Origin: Octopus sinensis
Taxonomy: Eukaryota
Assembly: GCF_006345805.1 (NCBI RefSeq)
Contig: NC_043001.1
Coordinates: 131,316,001-131,380,000, forward strand
DNA: 64,000 nucleotides
Direction: 5' to 3'
The translations under genes were made by a program, and so were the position numbers. The notes beneath the pieces were generated by a model, which ran no database searches, was not told the origin of the DNA, and worked only from the letters and a program-made list of their open reading frames with translations. Positions 11,756 through 26,700 of this stretch are shown here, in pieces (positions within the stretch are counted from its first letter, which is position 1; each line of letters opens with the position of its first letter).

Positions 11756-14627
11756 AGGTATACATACACTAGGCTTCTTATAAGAAGCTCAAAACCCCAC
11801 ATGGTAAGAGTACAAAAGTAAAGAGATTTATGGGCACATCCCACCCATCTTTACTGTTGTTGCTCAATGCAGAGTAGGCTTAGCTTCTCACTGTTATCAT
11901 ACTGAACACTAAGCTATATCAAATGCTATATTTTGGAAACTTCTGCACCCTAATAATGAAGACCATTCAACTACATTAATGTTATTGGCAGAGACAACAG
12001 ACAACATAAAACTGTGGGCTTATTAAAGCTAAATGAGGACAGAGATTTGTGGCACAGTGTGGTGAAATGCCTTTCAGCTGTAGTCACTTAAAAAGAAGAA
12101 TGTTAAAAGAAAGAATTAAATTACAGAATTATTTCTGTCATATAACTTAAGCTATTTGAAGGAATTATTCTATAAAAATAATCATACAAGTAAAAAGAAT
12201 CAAAAGCAATCTGAAATAGTTCTAAACATTAAAAGTTAAAATTTGAATGAGAAACTAACAGTTAAATTTCACTTGATAGTGTTGAATATGCAATCAATTT
12301 TAAGATATCAACTCATGGAAAATATCTACAATATTTGATATAATATAAAACATTTCAGAAATTCCAAATCATATAGAAGTTCTAAATATGTTCAGTAATA
12401 AATATATTTATATATATAATGAAAATTCAGCCTATTCATAAGTGCTCAATATTAGAAATAAAAGATACCTATATTCCAACCATTATAATATTTCAAGACA
12501 GTCTCAGAACATTTTATTGTATATGTGGGTCAAAACTCATTTAAATCCTTAAGGCCAATTTTATATTGATTTTGACTTATATTTTGGACCAAAGAAATTA
12601 ATAACAGAAAACATGAAAATAGTGAAGATTCCTTTACTTAATATGCCAAGCATATTGATATATTGTTTATACATACTTATTTTTTGACAGTACCTGTACC
12701 ACAAAGAAAATATTTTCTTTAAAATCTAGGAAATGAAAGGGAATCTTTGTTCTGTAACAAATATAATTTATAGAAAGAATGATTTCAAACCTCGTCTGAC
12801 AAAGCAATTTCCTTTCTTTACAAATACATCATTTTCCCACTTTTTGTGATCAATAAAGACATGCAACAAAATTTCAAGGTTTTTACCAAGAAAATAAAAG
12901 AAATATTTTATTATTGAGATGTATAGTTTGCATATGATAAAGTGTGATAACTTAGGGCAAGGAAACAAGTTCTTGCAGGTAGTAGAGTCATGTCAAAATC
13001 TATGATTTCTCATTTCCTGGTAAGTTAACAAACAGTATAAAAAGAAAATGAAAATTTTAAAATATTCCTTGATAACGAAAATGCTCTCAAATAATAATAG
13101 ATCTGAAGATTGAAAAATTGCATCAATAAAATAAAATTAGTGGACAATGCTTTCAAAGAACTTTTAGCTATATCAATATTCTTTTCTGTAGACAAAATAT
13201 AAACACTAAAAATAAAACAAGGAAAAAATCTGTCATTAAAGTGTTTACTGCATAAAAATGTTAAAACAAAAGAAAATACTTTTCCCTACATTACACAATA
13301 GAATATTTTCAAGCAAATATCCTTCTTGACAGTGAAGGCAATTATTTGTATTTATGGCTTTTCAGCAATACATTAAACACTTAATAATAAATAATAAAAA
13401 AAAAAATCAAAATAGAATTTAAGAAACAAAAGCTAAGATTTAAACAGATATTTTATTGAATATGGATTGATCAATCATGCTTATGTTTATTTAAAAAATA
13501 TCAATATTTGTTGCATCAATTTTTCCACAGTCAGACATTAATATTCATTATCCATCTATTCTAAACTTTTTTTTTTAAATGACAGTATGTAGATATACAA
13601 GTATGAATACATAAATATAGATGATTAAGTGTGAAAAATGCAAAAATACATATCTTAATGAGTTACTTACATATCAGAAAACAGATGGCATAAAGAATGC
13701 TAAAATATTTCAATAGAAAGTCTCAGCAAAATAGTTAATTTCAAAAGATGACGTCTATCACTTATCAAGAAGAATACTGTCTTTATCTATACAAAAGATT
13801 ATAATATAAAAGCTACTAAACAGAATTACAGCATTTACCATGTTCTTTATTAAACAAGTTAGAAGAAACATTCTAACAAATTTATAACTAACATATTTTC
13901 AAAGGAGGTTTGTTTTGCTTTTTTTTTTGGGTTTTTGAGGCAATAAAAAGTTACTTGTAAAACATTTTAATAGTGGCAATTTAACTAAATAACAATCTTG
14001 AGACGTTCTGTTAAAGAAACTTTTGACAGGAGAACAATCAACTGAAGATGTTATCATTTTCTTAATGGTCATTACAAAAGAAAAGATAAATTGAAGTATT
14101 TTACCCTCTTAATTTCCTTATGCTATTGAATTCAAACCTGTTGCCGTGTAACAGCATGTATATTTTTTTAGAATTATTTAGAGTGCAAATGATTTTAAAT
14201 CTGATCATTACAATTAATACTACTTCCTAACGAATGAAGTGAAAGGATAATAAAAATATATTTATGAATATTTGTATTAGATATTTGTACAATTTACTAT
14301 CTAAAAGTATGTTGTTGGGACATATGAAAGAGGATCGTTTTTAAAAGATATATAGAATAACAATGCAGAATTATTGTGATTAATAATTTATCCCCCTTAT
14401 TAACTTCATTTTTTTAACAATTTTGTGTTATCATAATTCAACATTCATTTTTATATCTGTATATTTTGGGGGATCTTTTTGTGGGGGAGGGTTCTCCTTT
14501 TATATTCAGCTTACATTAACATTACCTATTCACTCCTGATCATTTTGATATGAAAGCATTATGCAAATATATCTCATCACTGCTTTACATTTATTTCACT
14601 TTATTTCTAAATTTTTGTCTTTATATA

Positions 14628-15908
14628 CAGGGGTTGGACAAAATAATGGAAACACCTAGCATCATAGCATCATCATTTTGAAATATCTATAAAACCTTTA
14701 AAAGCTTGTTTATTTTTATGTTTTTTGATCTACTATTAGTGTTGCTTAGTATGTTTTGCGAAAATTACTGTTTCTTTTCATATATCATCAGAAAAAGGTA
14801 ATTAAAATTCATTAAAATGACAGATCTATCAGACTTTCAAAGAGGTCAAATTGTTGGTGCTTGTATGCAGGTGCTAGCATAACGAAAACAACCAAAATGT
14901 TTGATCTATCAAGTAGTACTGTCTTGAAAGTAATGACAGCCTTTGAGAAAGAGAGAAAAACCTCCACATTGAAGCATAACTCCGGAAGAAAATCAAAACT
15001 TTCAGATAGGGACTGTCGGACTCTAATCTGAATTGTTAGAAAGGATCACAGAAGTACAGGTCTCAAAATTACTGCAGAGCTTAATGACCACCTCAAGAAC
15101 CCAGTTTCCACAAAAACTGTTCACCAGGAGTTGTACAAAGCCAGATTTCACGGGAGGGGGGGGGGCTGCAATCAGAAAATCACTACTTACGAAAACAAGC
15201 ATTGCAAAGCATTTAGAGTAGAGTAAAAGTCTACAGAATTGGTCCCTAGAGCAGTGAAAGAATGTTATTTTCTTGGAAGAGTCATCCCTTACCTTATTTC
15301 TGACCACGGGCGAATATACATGTGGAGATAGCCAAAAAAAGCATTTAACACAGACTGCCTTCTTCCAACTGTTAAACATGGAGGAGGATCTGTGATGATC
15401 TGGGCGGGGGGCTGTATCTTGGAAATCTACCAGCCAAATGGTTTCCCTTCATGGCAGAATTAATAGTCAAGACTGTTTAAGCATTTTATCTGATCAAATT
15501 CCTCCTATGGCTGCAGAACAGTTTCCAAAGGGAAACGCAATCATTCAGGATGATAATGCACCAATTCACACAGCTAAAGTTGTTACTGAATGGCATGAGG
15601 AACTTTCTAGTGTAGTTGAACATCGTATCTGGCCACCACAGTCCCCAGATCTTAATATTATTGAACATTTATCATGCATTTTAGAAAAACAAGTAAGGAG
15701 TCAATATCCTCCACCATCATCACTACAAGAACTGGAGACTGTTTTAGCTAAAGAATGGACATAAATTCCTTTGGAAACAACTCAAGCTTTGTACAAGTCC
15801 ATACCTCATAGAATTCAAGCTGTAATTACTGCCAAAGGCAGTCCTACCCCATATTAAAATAAATTTGTTTGAAATTTTAAGGTGTTTCCATTATTTTGTC
15901 CAACCCTA
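14628..15908 (+). mobile_element. Full-length (~1.28 kb) Tc1-type DNA transposon with D-36-E spacing (Incomer-like)
   Basis: Left TIR ta|caggggttggacaaaataatggaaacacc (14628-14656). Right TIR ggtgtttccattattttgtccaaccc (15881-15906) with an eroded tip. Confidence 0.92.
14817..15857 (+). pseudogene. Disabled Tc1 transposase
   Basis: Runs from MTDLSDFQRGQIVG through TVKHGGGSVMIW and QDDNAPIH...WPPQSPDLNIIEH to AKGSPTPY-stop. It has several frameshifts and stops, and the first catalytic motif reads FLEES instead of FSDES. Confidence 0.9.
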
Positions 15909-17809
15909 TCTCTCAACTTTCAAATTTTATCAAAAACATTTTTTTTTAGATCAGCTGAGTCAAACATTCTAATTCCAAATAAGAAATAAGATCTTCTCCA
16001 ACATGGTAGTTTTTAAAAAATTATTTTTGTGAAAGTGCTATAAATTAGTGATGTATATAGAACATGAAGAACTTTGTACAATCAATCAAAAGAATTACCA
16101 AACATGAGAGGATTGTGCTTCCTAAGATAGATCAGGATTAAGGCAAGAGTAAAATCAAATGCTAAACGGTTAGCACCAATGAGGATGACAATGACTTTTA
16201 TTCAAGGAACTTAATTACTTTATCAAAAATATATACATATAAGCACAAACATAATGCCACACTCAATTATTTGGAAAAGAAACAATCTAGCATGATGAAT
16301 TCAAATAACTTTTGTCAATATCAATCACTCAACCATTCAAAATATTCAATTATTTAATTACAAGGATAAATTTCAACTAACATTTTCTGACACCTAAACA
16401 AAACAGGTCAAAGAAAAAGCAATTGAAATTGCGTTGCTAATAATAAATGTAAATACAAACTCCATCACTTTCAATACAAACATTATTTCACTACAGTTTC
16501 TCATATATAAGGATTCTTAAAATACTCCAATCAAATTTAAATGGCTAATAGAAGTGACAATAAGAGTTACTTGTTTATAAAAGTAGTGATGTTCCTTACA
16601 TCATCATCATCCAGTATCATATAAACTACAGCTGATGGTATAAGTCCCTTTTAAACTAATTAAAGGAACTATATCACAACAATTTAAAGATTATCTATCA
16701 TTGAAGGAAAGAAAAAGATGAAACAAATTTAGCATTCCAACAGACTCTGCAATATGGTAAGATATTTAAGTTATGGATAAGGAAAATCAAATATTTCCCA
16801 ACAACCTTTTCCAACCTTAACCTTAACAGTCTAGAGCTTTTGTTTTTAGTTGATCATTCAACTTTTGAAAATGCTAGAAGCTTGTGTAAAGCCACTGAGT
16901 AAAACATACATGAAATACCTTGTGTGTGCACAATTTAAAAAGCTCAACAGAAACATGGATTAAAGTTTTTCAGAAAAAGATTATATTTGCTCATAATTGT
17001 TATTTTTTAATGCATAACAGATGAAAAATATAAATCATCAAATATAAGAAATTATTTTATGCATAGAATATATTAACAGGACCAGACTATCAGAGAATAA
17101 AACTTTAATACTGAGTGGTGACAGGTAAGGTCTTTGGAACAAATTGACTAAAGCAAAACTGCATCAAATGTTTTCTACATCTGTGGGATCTTATATCAAG
17201 GAAAGTTTAAATGATTAATTAAAACAATCTTCCACATTAAATCTAAAAACTTATAGAAAGTACTTTCTCTTTGCCAACTTAAATATTCATCTTCATATCC
17301 AAATACCAGCCAAAATTGATGTTTATCAACAGTGTTAAAAGTTAGTACACTAGGCTATTGTAAGCCAGTCTGGCAGTAGAATCTCTTGTATAATAATGCT
17401 GATGATAGTTACTGACAAGTTAGTTCAAATTCTCATACAGAATCAGAAAATTTCTTTCATGAATATTAGCTAATCAATTTAGTAGGAAATATATCTAAAT
17501 GGGTACAGGGTCCACAGTTAATTCCAAACTAGCAGCAAAAATAAATGGAAACTGTAATTTTTTTCAAAGATAAATTAGATTATATAAAAGTGTAAAAGTT
17601 TCTATTCTTCCAGTTAGAGCTGATGTAATTCCCAATACACAATTTTTATGGAAGAACATAAAGAAATTATAGTTACATATTCTTTTCAGTTTGTGATCTT
17701 AACTCTGAGTGATTGGAAAACCCATTAAACATGTTGAGAAAAAAAAAATCACTAAACCAAATCTTGCTGATACAATGTAAAAAGATTTACAGAATCCAAA
17801 TTTTTAAAA

Positions 17810-18125
17810 CTTTCATGAGAAGATATCAAACCTAGTAATTCACAATGGTAGATGCAGGCTTTGATTGTTACCAACAATTCTGGGAAGAAAAGACTTGTAT
17901 TAGATTTCTCTCAAACTATTAACCATTTCACAGTGTGATGTTTATTTAGTTCCCTGCACAAATAAGCTACTCAATGATATAACCAGAGACAAATATTGCT
18001 GCAAAACCAATGTAAGTAATACTTTCAAATCAGCATACTACCAGTGGAAAGACTATGCATATCTTTCCAATCAGCTTGGGGAATATATCAATCTCCTTGA
18101 GTGCCTTCAAGCATTAGAAATATGG
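17810..18125 (+). pseudogene. Highly degraded Gypsy-type reverse transcriptase fragment
   Basis: Piecewise translation EDI-KPSNSQW, IVTNNSGKKRLVLDFSQTINHF, KSAYYQ and YQ..VP resembles Gypsy RT motifs (PSNSPW, KRLVIDFSQTIN, DLKSAYHQ, YQFLRVPFG). Confidence 0.55.
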
Positions 18126-19362
18126 ATTATTATCAGGTAAAATAATCCATATATGAATGGGAACCTTTTAAATTATTTTTTTATTACTATATTCATTGAC
18201 AGTTAGTTTAAACAGTGATACATTTTGTAATGCTCATAGACTCAAGAACAATCAGAGTACAATATCAATATGATTTAACATTTATTAAGTTCTTAAGTTA
18301 AATAATTTTGCATAAGGATTATGTCCTGATCTAAAATATCTTCAACTTTTTGATGAACTATTTAGCTATCTATATTTTAAAATACTAAAGAAATACAAAC
18401 ACTTAGGTTTTTACAGGTATGTGAACTCTTATACTTTGAAAAACATGTGCCATTAGTCAGTACATATTTCCCTCTATCCGAAAATGCTATAAGATACAAA
18501 AATTATATTAAAAGGTATATTAAATGGGTAGCTGTAGTTGCTATCAATAATGATTTACCTGTTACTATTGAAATAGAGGATACTATTACTAGAACATTAT
18601 CACAAGGTATTTGAGTGGTGTTTTTTTTTCTTCTTATAGTCCTAAAATGTTTCTTTTATCAAATTGCTAAAAAAAAAAATACAGCAAGTCTAGCAGTTAT
18701 GAGAAAATAGAATCATTTCTTCACAAAACATTTTAATCTGGTAATAGATCAAAAATGTTTCATTCTTGGTTTGACAATTAAAACTGAGAAAAAATTATGA
18801 GTTATAAAACCTTTCACTTAAGGTGCCACACATTCTCATTGTGTGGCATCTTAAGTGATTTTTACAGTAGACAGACACTAAGGGTAAATGTGCATCAGCT
18901 AGACTATTCCTGTAATTCAGAGGTCCAATTTGTCATACTCAGTATTGCACAACCTAATTAGTATGATAAGAGTTCACATACCTGTAAAATACTCAGTCAC
19001 AAATTCAATGAGTAGGCTGTGTGAGCTGATTGAACAATTAGAATACTTTTTGGTTTGTATTATGTGCAAGCTTTTATTAACATGAGTGCATTTGATATGC
19101 AACTGTACATTGCAAGATTAAAATTAGAGAAAGTACATTCAACCTTCATTTACAATTTTCCATTCAATATCATATAGCTTGTTAGAAAAGGAAAATGGAC
19201 ATTTCATGGAACAAAATATCAAGTGTCTAGTCTTGTGCTGAAATTTGATAAATGTTATGATGTAGCTAATAAATTATAGAACTATTATATATTCAGAAAC
19301 ATGGTCAATTTGCTAAATATAGTAAATATTGACTGGTTTGTATTCATCAGTTTGAATCTTAC

Positions 19363-19447
19363 CTAAGGTGATATAGGATCTCAAATATCTGGTCAATAAA
19401 ATAGGCACTGATAGCAAATATGTCCGAAAGACTGGTCAACATGCAAT
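19363..19447 (-). CDS. Candidate internal coding exon of unknown gene (85 nt; xDCMLTSLSDIFAISAYFIDQIFEILYHLR)
   Basis: Acceptor aaagtttacag, donor TAG|gtaaga and a single open frame. No protein identity recognised. Confidence 0.3.
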
Positions 19448-20446
19448 CTGTAAACTTTATTAAAACATTATATTTTGAGTTGTTGAAGTAAATAAATGAT
19501 TTGGAAGGAGATACTGTGATACTCAATAATGTTTTAATACAAACAAGCACTTCTTTTCAAACAATGTGCTTTCATAAAATCATGGAAAAAAATAAAATAG
19601 AATTAAAAAAATAATAATGATCTGAACAATAAGGAAGAAACAATAGTCCATACAAGTATTTAATTACATGCAAAAATAGTTGAAAATATTTTCTACTTGT
19701 ATATCATTTTGTTTTCTTTCAATTCTGCAGAATTCTTAGTAATCAAACTATTTTAATGAAATATCTCAATGGTATATAAGAAATTTACTGTCACTGTGGC
19801 AAATTTCTTATATATATTTTAGTTATTTTATTTTAAAAAATTTGTTTGATAAATAATTTATCAAACAGAATTTACATTTCAGAATGCATTATAAATTAAT
19901 TTTGGCAGTAGCAAGAATCTATTTTAAAATTAAAAGTATGAAATGATATGGTCCTAGTCAAATAATTAGAATTAGAAATTAAATATATATTTTAAAATCT
20001 ATGTATATTTTAAGACTGGGTTCAATATTAACACCATTATTTATCATTCCAAATAAGTTTCCATGATAATAATCAGAGCTAAAATTATTTATATATTCAT
20101 TTTAAATTTACATTAGAATTTAAAAATTCAAAAACATGGATTTAGAGCTTTTGTCATCCTATCAACCAAAAGACACTTAACATTTGTTAATTCAACCCAT
20201 TCTCTGTAAATAAGTGAAGTTTGGATTACCTACAATAAATAACAATAGCATTAACATGATTCTCATTAAACGGTAGAATGAACTTAAATCACTAATTGTG
20301 CATGCACTTCTATAAAGATGATGTTATCTGTTATGTTCCAATGCTTTATAGGACCCTCCATCCCATCAAAGCTTGGCTTCCAATCAAGTTAGAAGAGCTG
20401 TAAGTCACAACATACATTTTTATAGTTATTTGTATGAATAAATGTA

Positions 20447-20847
20447 GGCGTAGGAGTGGCTGTGTGGTAAGTAGCTTACTTACCAACTACATGTTCCGGG
20501 TTCATTACCACTGAGTGGCACCTTGGGTAAGTGTCTTCTACTATAGCCTCGGGCCGACCAAAGCCTTGTGAGAAGATTTGGTAGACGGAAACTGAAAGAA
20601 GCCCGTCGTATGTATGTATATATGTGTGTGCATGTTTGTGTGTCTGTGTTTGTCCCCCCAACATCGCTTGACAACCGATGCTGGTGTGTTTATGTCCCCG
20701 TAACTTAGTGGTTCGGCAAAACGGGACAGATAAAATAAGTACTAGGCTTACAAAGAATAAGTCCTGGGGTCGATTTGCTCGACTAAAAGGTGGTGCTCCA
20801 GCATGGCCACAGTCAAATGACTGAAACAAGTAAAAGAGTAAAAGAGT
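20447..20847 (+). mobile_element. SINE family A
   Basis: Full-length match to family A. Confidence 0.92.
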
Positions 20848-21556
20848 ATACATTTATTTGTTGACATCATTGTTGCTATGCCTTTTCAGCAAATCATTGT
20901 GAATAGATCTTGCCTTCAATACGTACAGTAACTGCAACAAAATTACATTTTGAATACTATGCTTTTTGGTTTCTAATATGTTAATAAAAAATCATTCAAC
21001 ATGAAGACCGATATATCTTAAATATCTTGTAACCACTACATTTCCAACAACTTCAATTTGACAGCACTATTCCCATACTAGTTGCATTTTGCAATGTTTG
21101 CAAAAGTAAGATGGTTTATTTGTGGAGCAATTGTTTTTGCAGTTATGTCATTTTACAACAGTAAAAAGGGTTTCTTTTTGCTTGTCTTTTCATTACACAG
21201 TCATACAAATAGAAATAAGAGTTAAGTATATCGTTTACTTCTTCAGGGGTTACAGTTTAATAGCTGAAATAACATCTGAAATTATGGAAATGGCACCACA
21301 TTTTCACAACTACTATAGTAAAACAATCTATCAACAAGATAGAGAAAACAAAATAGAAACTGAATACTCCCACTATCAATTACTCCCACTATCAATTCTT
21401 ATGGTCCAGAATCTGATAGGTGTGCACGCTCAATAGCATGTCACAAAAACTAACATGCACGTCTGATTGCCAACTCACCTGATGAGTTCTTCTGACCAAC
21501 AAGAAATAAGAGCCCACAAAAACATAAGGAATCTAACTAGAGTTTATTCTTATACA

Positions 21557-21965
21557 CAGGAGTGGCTATGTGGTAAGTAGCTTGCTAACCAACCACATGG
21601 TTCTGGGTTCAGTCCCACTGCGTGACATCTTGGGCAAGTGTCTTCTGCTATAGCCCCGGGCCGACCAATGCCTTGTGAGTGGATTTGGTAGACGGAAACT
21701 GAAAGAAGCCTGTCGTATATATGTATATGTATATATATAAGTGTGTGTGTATGTGTTTGTGTGTCTGTGTTTGTCCCCCTAGTATTGCTTGACAACCGAT
21801 GCTGGTGTGTTTACGTCCCCGTCACTTAGCAGTTCGGCATAAGAGCGATAGAATAAGTACTGGGCTTACAAAGAATAAGTCCCGGGGTCGATTTGCTCGA
21901 CTAAAGGTGGTGCTCCAGCATGGCCGCAGTCAAATGACTGAAACAAGTAAAAGAGAGTAAAGAGT
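21557..21965 (+). mobile_element. SINE family A
   Basis: Full-length match to family A. Confidence 0.92.
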
Positions 21966-22109
21966 ATAACTATCTTACTGTCATTCTTTAAGACATTGAC
22001 AACCAACTTACAATTAGTCATGTTCACCTTATTTTCAAGCATTTTATACAACTTAACATTTATCAAATTTTCTTCCACTATATAACTGTCATAAATGGTT
22101 GAATAAATC

Positions 22110-22349
22110 TTTTTTGCCAAACCGCTAAGATACAGGGACATAAACACACCAACACCAGTTGTCAAGCAATAGTAGGGGACAAGGACAAACGCACACACAC
22201 ACATGATGGGCTTCTTTCAGTTTCCATCTACCAGATACACTCACAAGGCTATAGTAGAAGACACTTGCCCAAGGTGCCATGCACTGGGACTGAACCCAGA
22301 ATCGTGTGGTTGAAAGCAAGCTTCTCACCACACAGCCATGCTGACGCCT
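22110..22349 (-). mobile_element. SINE family A, partial and older
   Basis: Reverse-strand head and body; 3' tail missing. Confidence 0.8.
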
Positions 22350-22354
22350 ATATA

Positions 22355-22583
22355 GGAGGAGCACTCCGTTGGTTATGATGACGAGGGTCCCAGCTGATAC
22401 GATCAACTGAACAGCTTGCTCATGAAATTAATGTGCAAGTGCCAGAGCAATCCACAGACACATGTGCCCCTAACGTAGTTCTCAAGGAGATTCAGCATGA
22501 CACAGAGTGTGACAAGGCCGGTACAACTCATGACCTTACAATCGTGAGCCGAATGCCCTAACCACTAAGCTACGCATCTTAAC
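22355..22583 (-). mobile_element. Fourth SINE family (D), probably internally deleted
   Basis: Minus-strand tRNA-like head (gcttagtggttagggcattcggctcacgattgtaaggtc) plus the body aacgtagttctcaaggagattcagcatgacacagag. Confidence 0.6.
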
Positions 22584-22614
22584 ACCTATATATATATATA
22601 TATATGTATATACA

Positions 22615-23002
<388 letters not shown>

Positions 23003-23429
23003 TAAACAGTAAAATTAATTACAGACATGGACAAGAACATGAAACACCACAGAGACGACACAAGAACCACAGGACGGGACATTCGAAGCCCTCAGTCATC
23101 AGTCAAGAACCAGATCATCTTAGCAATTTCGGCTGATTAATCTTGTATATATATATATACACACACACATACATACACAAACTACTAAAACTCTATGACT
23201 GCTTGTTTGCGTGCTTGTCTGTAATTTTATACAGCACTTTCATAAATAGTACCATCTTAGGAACTTGCTTAGGCAATAATTCAACACCTGAAAATTTATA
23301 TAACCAGTGTATTTTTTTTTTTATATTGAGTATTCCATGTTAAGTACATTATTTTTACTCAAGTTTAAGGTCCTATAGGTAAAAATAAATGCATTATTCT
23401 GAAATTATTTTAAAGTTGTTGCAATACAG

Positions 23430-23776
23430 ATGTAGGTGTGGCCATGTGGTAAGAAGCTTACTTCCTAACCACATAGTTCTAGGTTCAGTCCTACTGAATG
23501 GCACCTTGGGCAAGTTTTTCTACTATAGCCTCAGGCCAACCAAAGCCTTCAGTGGATTTTGGAAATGGAAATTAGAAGAAGCCCATCACGTGCACATGCA
23601 TGTGCGCGTCCATGTTTGACACCCAATACTACTTGACAACTGGTGTTGGTTTGTTTACATCTTTGTAACTAAGTATTTCAGCAAATAGGTATTGAGGTTG
23701 ATTCACTCAACTAGAAAATTCTTGAAGATAGAACCTCAGCATGGCTGCAGCCCAATGACTAAGACAAGTAAAAGAA
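23430..23776 (+). mobile_element. Old, diverged SINE family A copy
   Basis: Recognisable head, gggcaagt core and aatgactaagacaagtaaaag tail. Confidence 0.8.
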
Positions 23777-26700
23777 AAAAAACAGAATATTAAATAATTT
23801 TGGAATGTTGCTATGATATCTAATTCTTTTTCTACTCCAGTGAAGTTAACATACTTAAGCCAAAACAATCTTTTATTAATGAAATTTACTTCCATTCTGA
23901 CATAAACTGAAAGTTTTATTTCACATAAAGAATAGATATAGTTTATACCATTAATGGGAATAAATATTCTTAAATAGTAAAGTGACTTTATAATCAGAAT
24001 ATTAAATAAAATCATATTGGTCAACTTTTTGAAATCACAATGTTAAACACCTTTGTTGATTAATTCTATCAACCAAACATTAGCATTAATACCTTTCATT
24101 TATGGAATGTTTGGTTAATAATTTTTTGTATGAAGTCAGAGATTTTAGGAGAAAGAAGATAGGAAATTCTAACATTTATCCTTTTCCCATAGCCTTAACA
24201 ACATAATTGATCCTTTACAAAAATTTAACACAGGGACATTAACTGAGTTACAAAGAATTTACTGCCATACCATATGTGTATTTACCATTCAAGTATCAAA
24301 ACTTAATAATAGGTTACAATAATGCCCAGCATGGTATATTAACAAGTAACATAACTTAAATGGCTTATTTACAGATCTGTATTTAAACTCAATATCCTTT
24401 GATAAACAAATTTCAAACACCAATTTATTTCTTTTAGCTTTGCATTAAAGTTTTAAAGCTTATAGCTCAAATATTAACAAAAACAGATAATATTTCAAAG
24501 ATATGTGCATTTTAAACTTTCTCCAAACTCATTCCATTGGAATGAAAACACTCAACATGTAACATATAAAACAGTATCATGTTAACCTAGCATTCTATAT
24601 TCATTTTTCATTTATTATTCTTTATAATATAATCATTTAACAATTACTTAATTCAGAGTTGAAAGCTGATTTGCAAAAACTCCATTTCTTATGTACAAGA
24701 CAAAAACAATCTATATTTTAGAGACTTAGAATTTTACACTGAATGGCTATATTTCATTATCATTTGGAAAGACTACCAAGATTCTAAAGTTATATTTGAA
24801 TTAGTTTTTCAAACACTGATTAAGGCATGCGTTATTTATCTTAACTAATTTATACAACGTAGAGATCTGCAACAATTTTGATTATTTTATTCATATTACA
24901 AACTGAACTGATTAACAATTATTTTATTGTTAAATTAATTAAAATAATTTGCTTTGAAGTAATTTTTATATAACATTGATGGAATTAAATGCTTTTTCCA
25001 AGCAGTCTTAAATTTTTTCTCCACACTATCAAAACTATTAATGAGACAATACTAAAGAACATTCAGATTCAATGAAATACTATCGCTAATCAGTCTCATC
25101 ATGAAGATCCCCAACGTTATGCAATTCAATTTTGCAATTAAATACAAAATTAGAAGCAATAATTCCCTTCACTGGGTTTCTTCATTCAAGGAAAGGTATT
25201 GAATAGCCAGTTGTGTGATATGAATACAAAGTTATAAAGAAGCAAATAAGACTGATTTTGCTATCTATAACTGCTGCCAAAATTCTAATAAATATATTTG
25301 GAAATATGACAGAAAAATTTGAAGAATTTTATGAATTCATTTTATTTTACATATAACTAATAAATAATTCTGAAATATCCAAAAACAACAAAAAGATGAA
25401 GAAATCATACATTAATCTAATAGAGGACTTAAAATTATAGCCAGTGGGTCAGAGAATGCTATGCAAACATCAAATAAATTATTCTTTGTGCACTTAATGT
25501 AAATTATCTTAAATTAATTTGCAGTAGGACTTGACAACTTTCACTAGTCTGGAAAGATTGCAAATGCTTTATTCTATCATAGCTTACAATCAAAATCTAA
25601 GGGAAGAAAAAATAAGCTCATTGTAGTTTCTGAATAGGTTGGCTATTTAATATAGGTCCAAGTGAAAATCAATAAATACAAAGAGCATAGAATTTCAAAT
25701 GTTTTCTAAATTCACAATTAAATTTCTAAACAATTGAGAAGCTATTGAAATGCTAGTATATTTACCACATATTGCTATCTTCAGTACAACATTAAACTCA
25801 TTGTATTTAAATTTTAAGTGTGATCTAATATGATATCTTGTATATTATTGACATATTAAAGCTTGAAATCAGTTTTATCTCGGATAACATTTTAGCTTTT
25901 AAAAATTATAACATGAAAAGCAGTTGTAAGCTAAAATACAATGCAAACATCATGTAGATATCATTAATCATTTGATTGTGAAGGTTAAAAGCTTTCATTT
26001 AAAGATATATCTACTTGAATTCTATTTTCTTTCATCTGCATAATTTAATTGGTTTAAAATTAGAGATATATTGTCTACAAATGTAAGCATTTTTTCTGAG
26101 CTATTTTCATTTTATACTTTATATTTTATACTTTCAAAAGATAACATTAAAATTTAATGATAACATTTTATGCAGCTATTGTATGTAAATATTCTGCTTA
26201 TGAAAAACTCATAATTGTATAAAATATCTAATGGTATTTCTTTACATTTTATGTATATTTAGTGTGACATTCAGTTCATAAGTTATTTTTATGATTTTTA
26301 TTGCTCAGTTAGGTATAATTTCTAAATTGGTTCATCATATTTGTTTTTAATTTCATTTTATTTATCTTAAATTGATTGATTTATTATATAGGACTCAACT
26401 GCTTAGAAGACATCAGGAAATAAAAATGACTTTAAATTTACAAAATGTTGAACAATACTTGTAATTTTCTGAAATTTAATTTTTTTATATTATGTTAATA
26501 CTGGTAAAATAAATTGTTTTGTCATCATTTTAAAAATGAGCTGACAAGGACAAGAAAATGCCTATTTAAATAAACTGTCAATCAGATTTAATGAGACACA
26601 ATATAGAGAAATAGGTTTTAATATCTAACAATAAAATACTGTGTAGTACTTTCTTAGATTTTCTTTATTTAATAGAAACTGAAGTTTTTGGTGCATGTTT

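Noticed and set aside
13671-13786. Minus-strand exon-like segment
   Set aside because: Stops in all frames from the best acceptor.
23070-23110. CUGAUGA...GAAU on the minus strand as a fourth hammerhead
   Set aside because: Stems I-III could not be formed convincingly.
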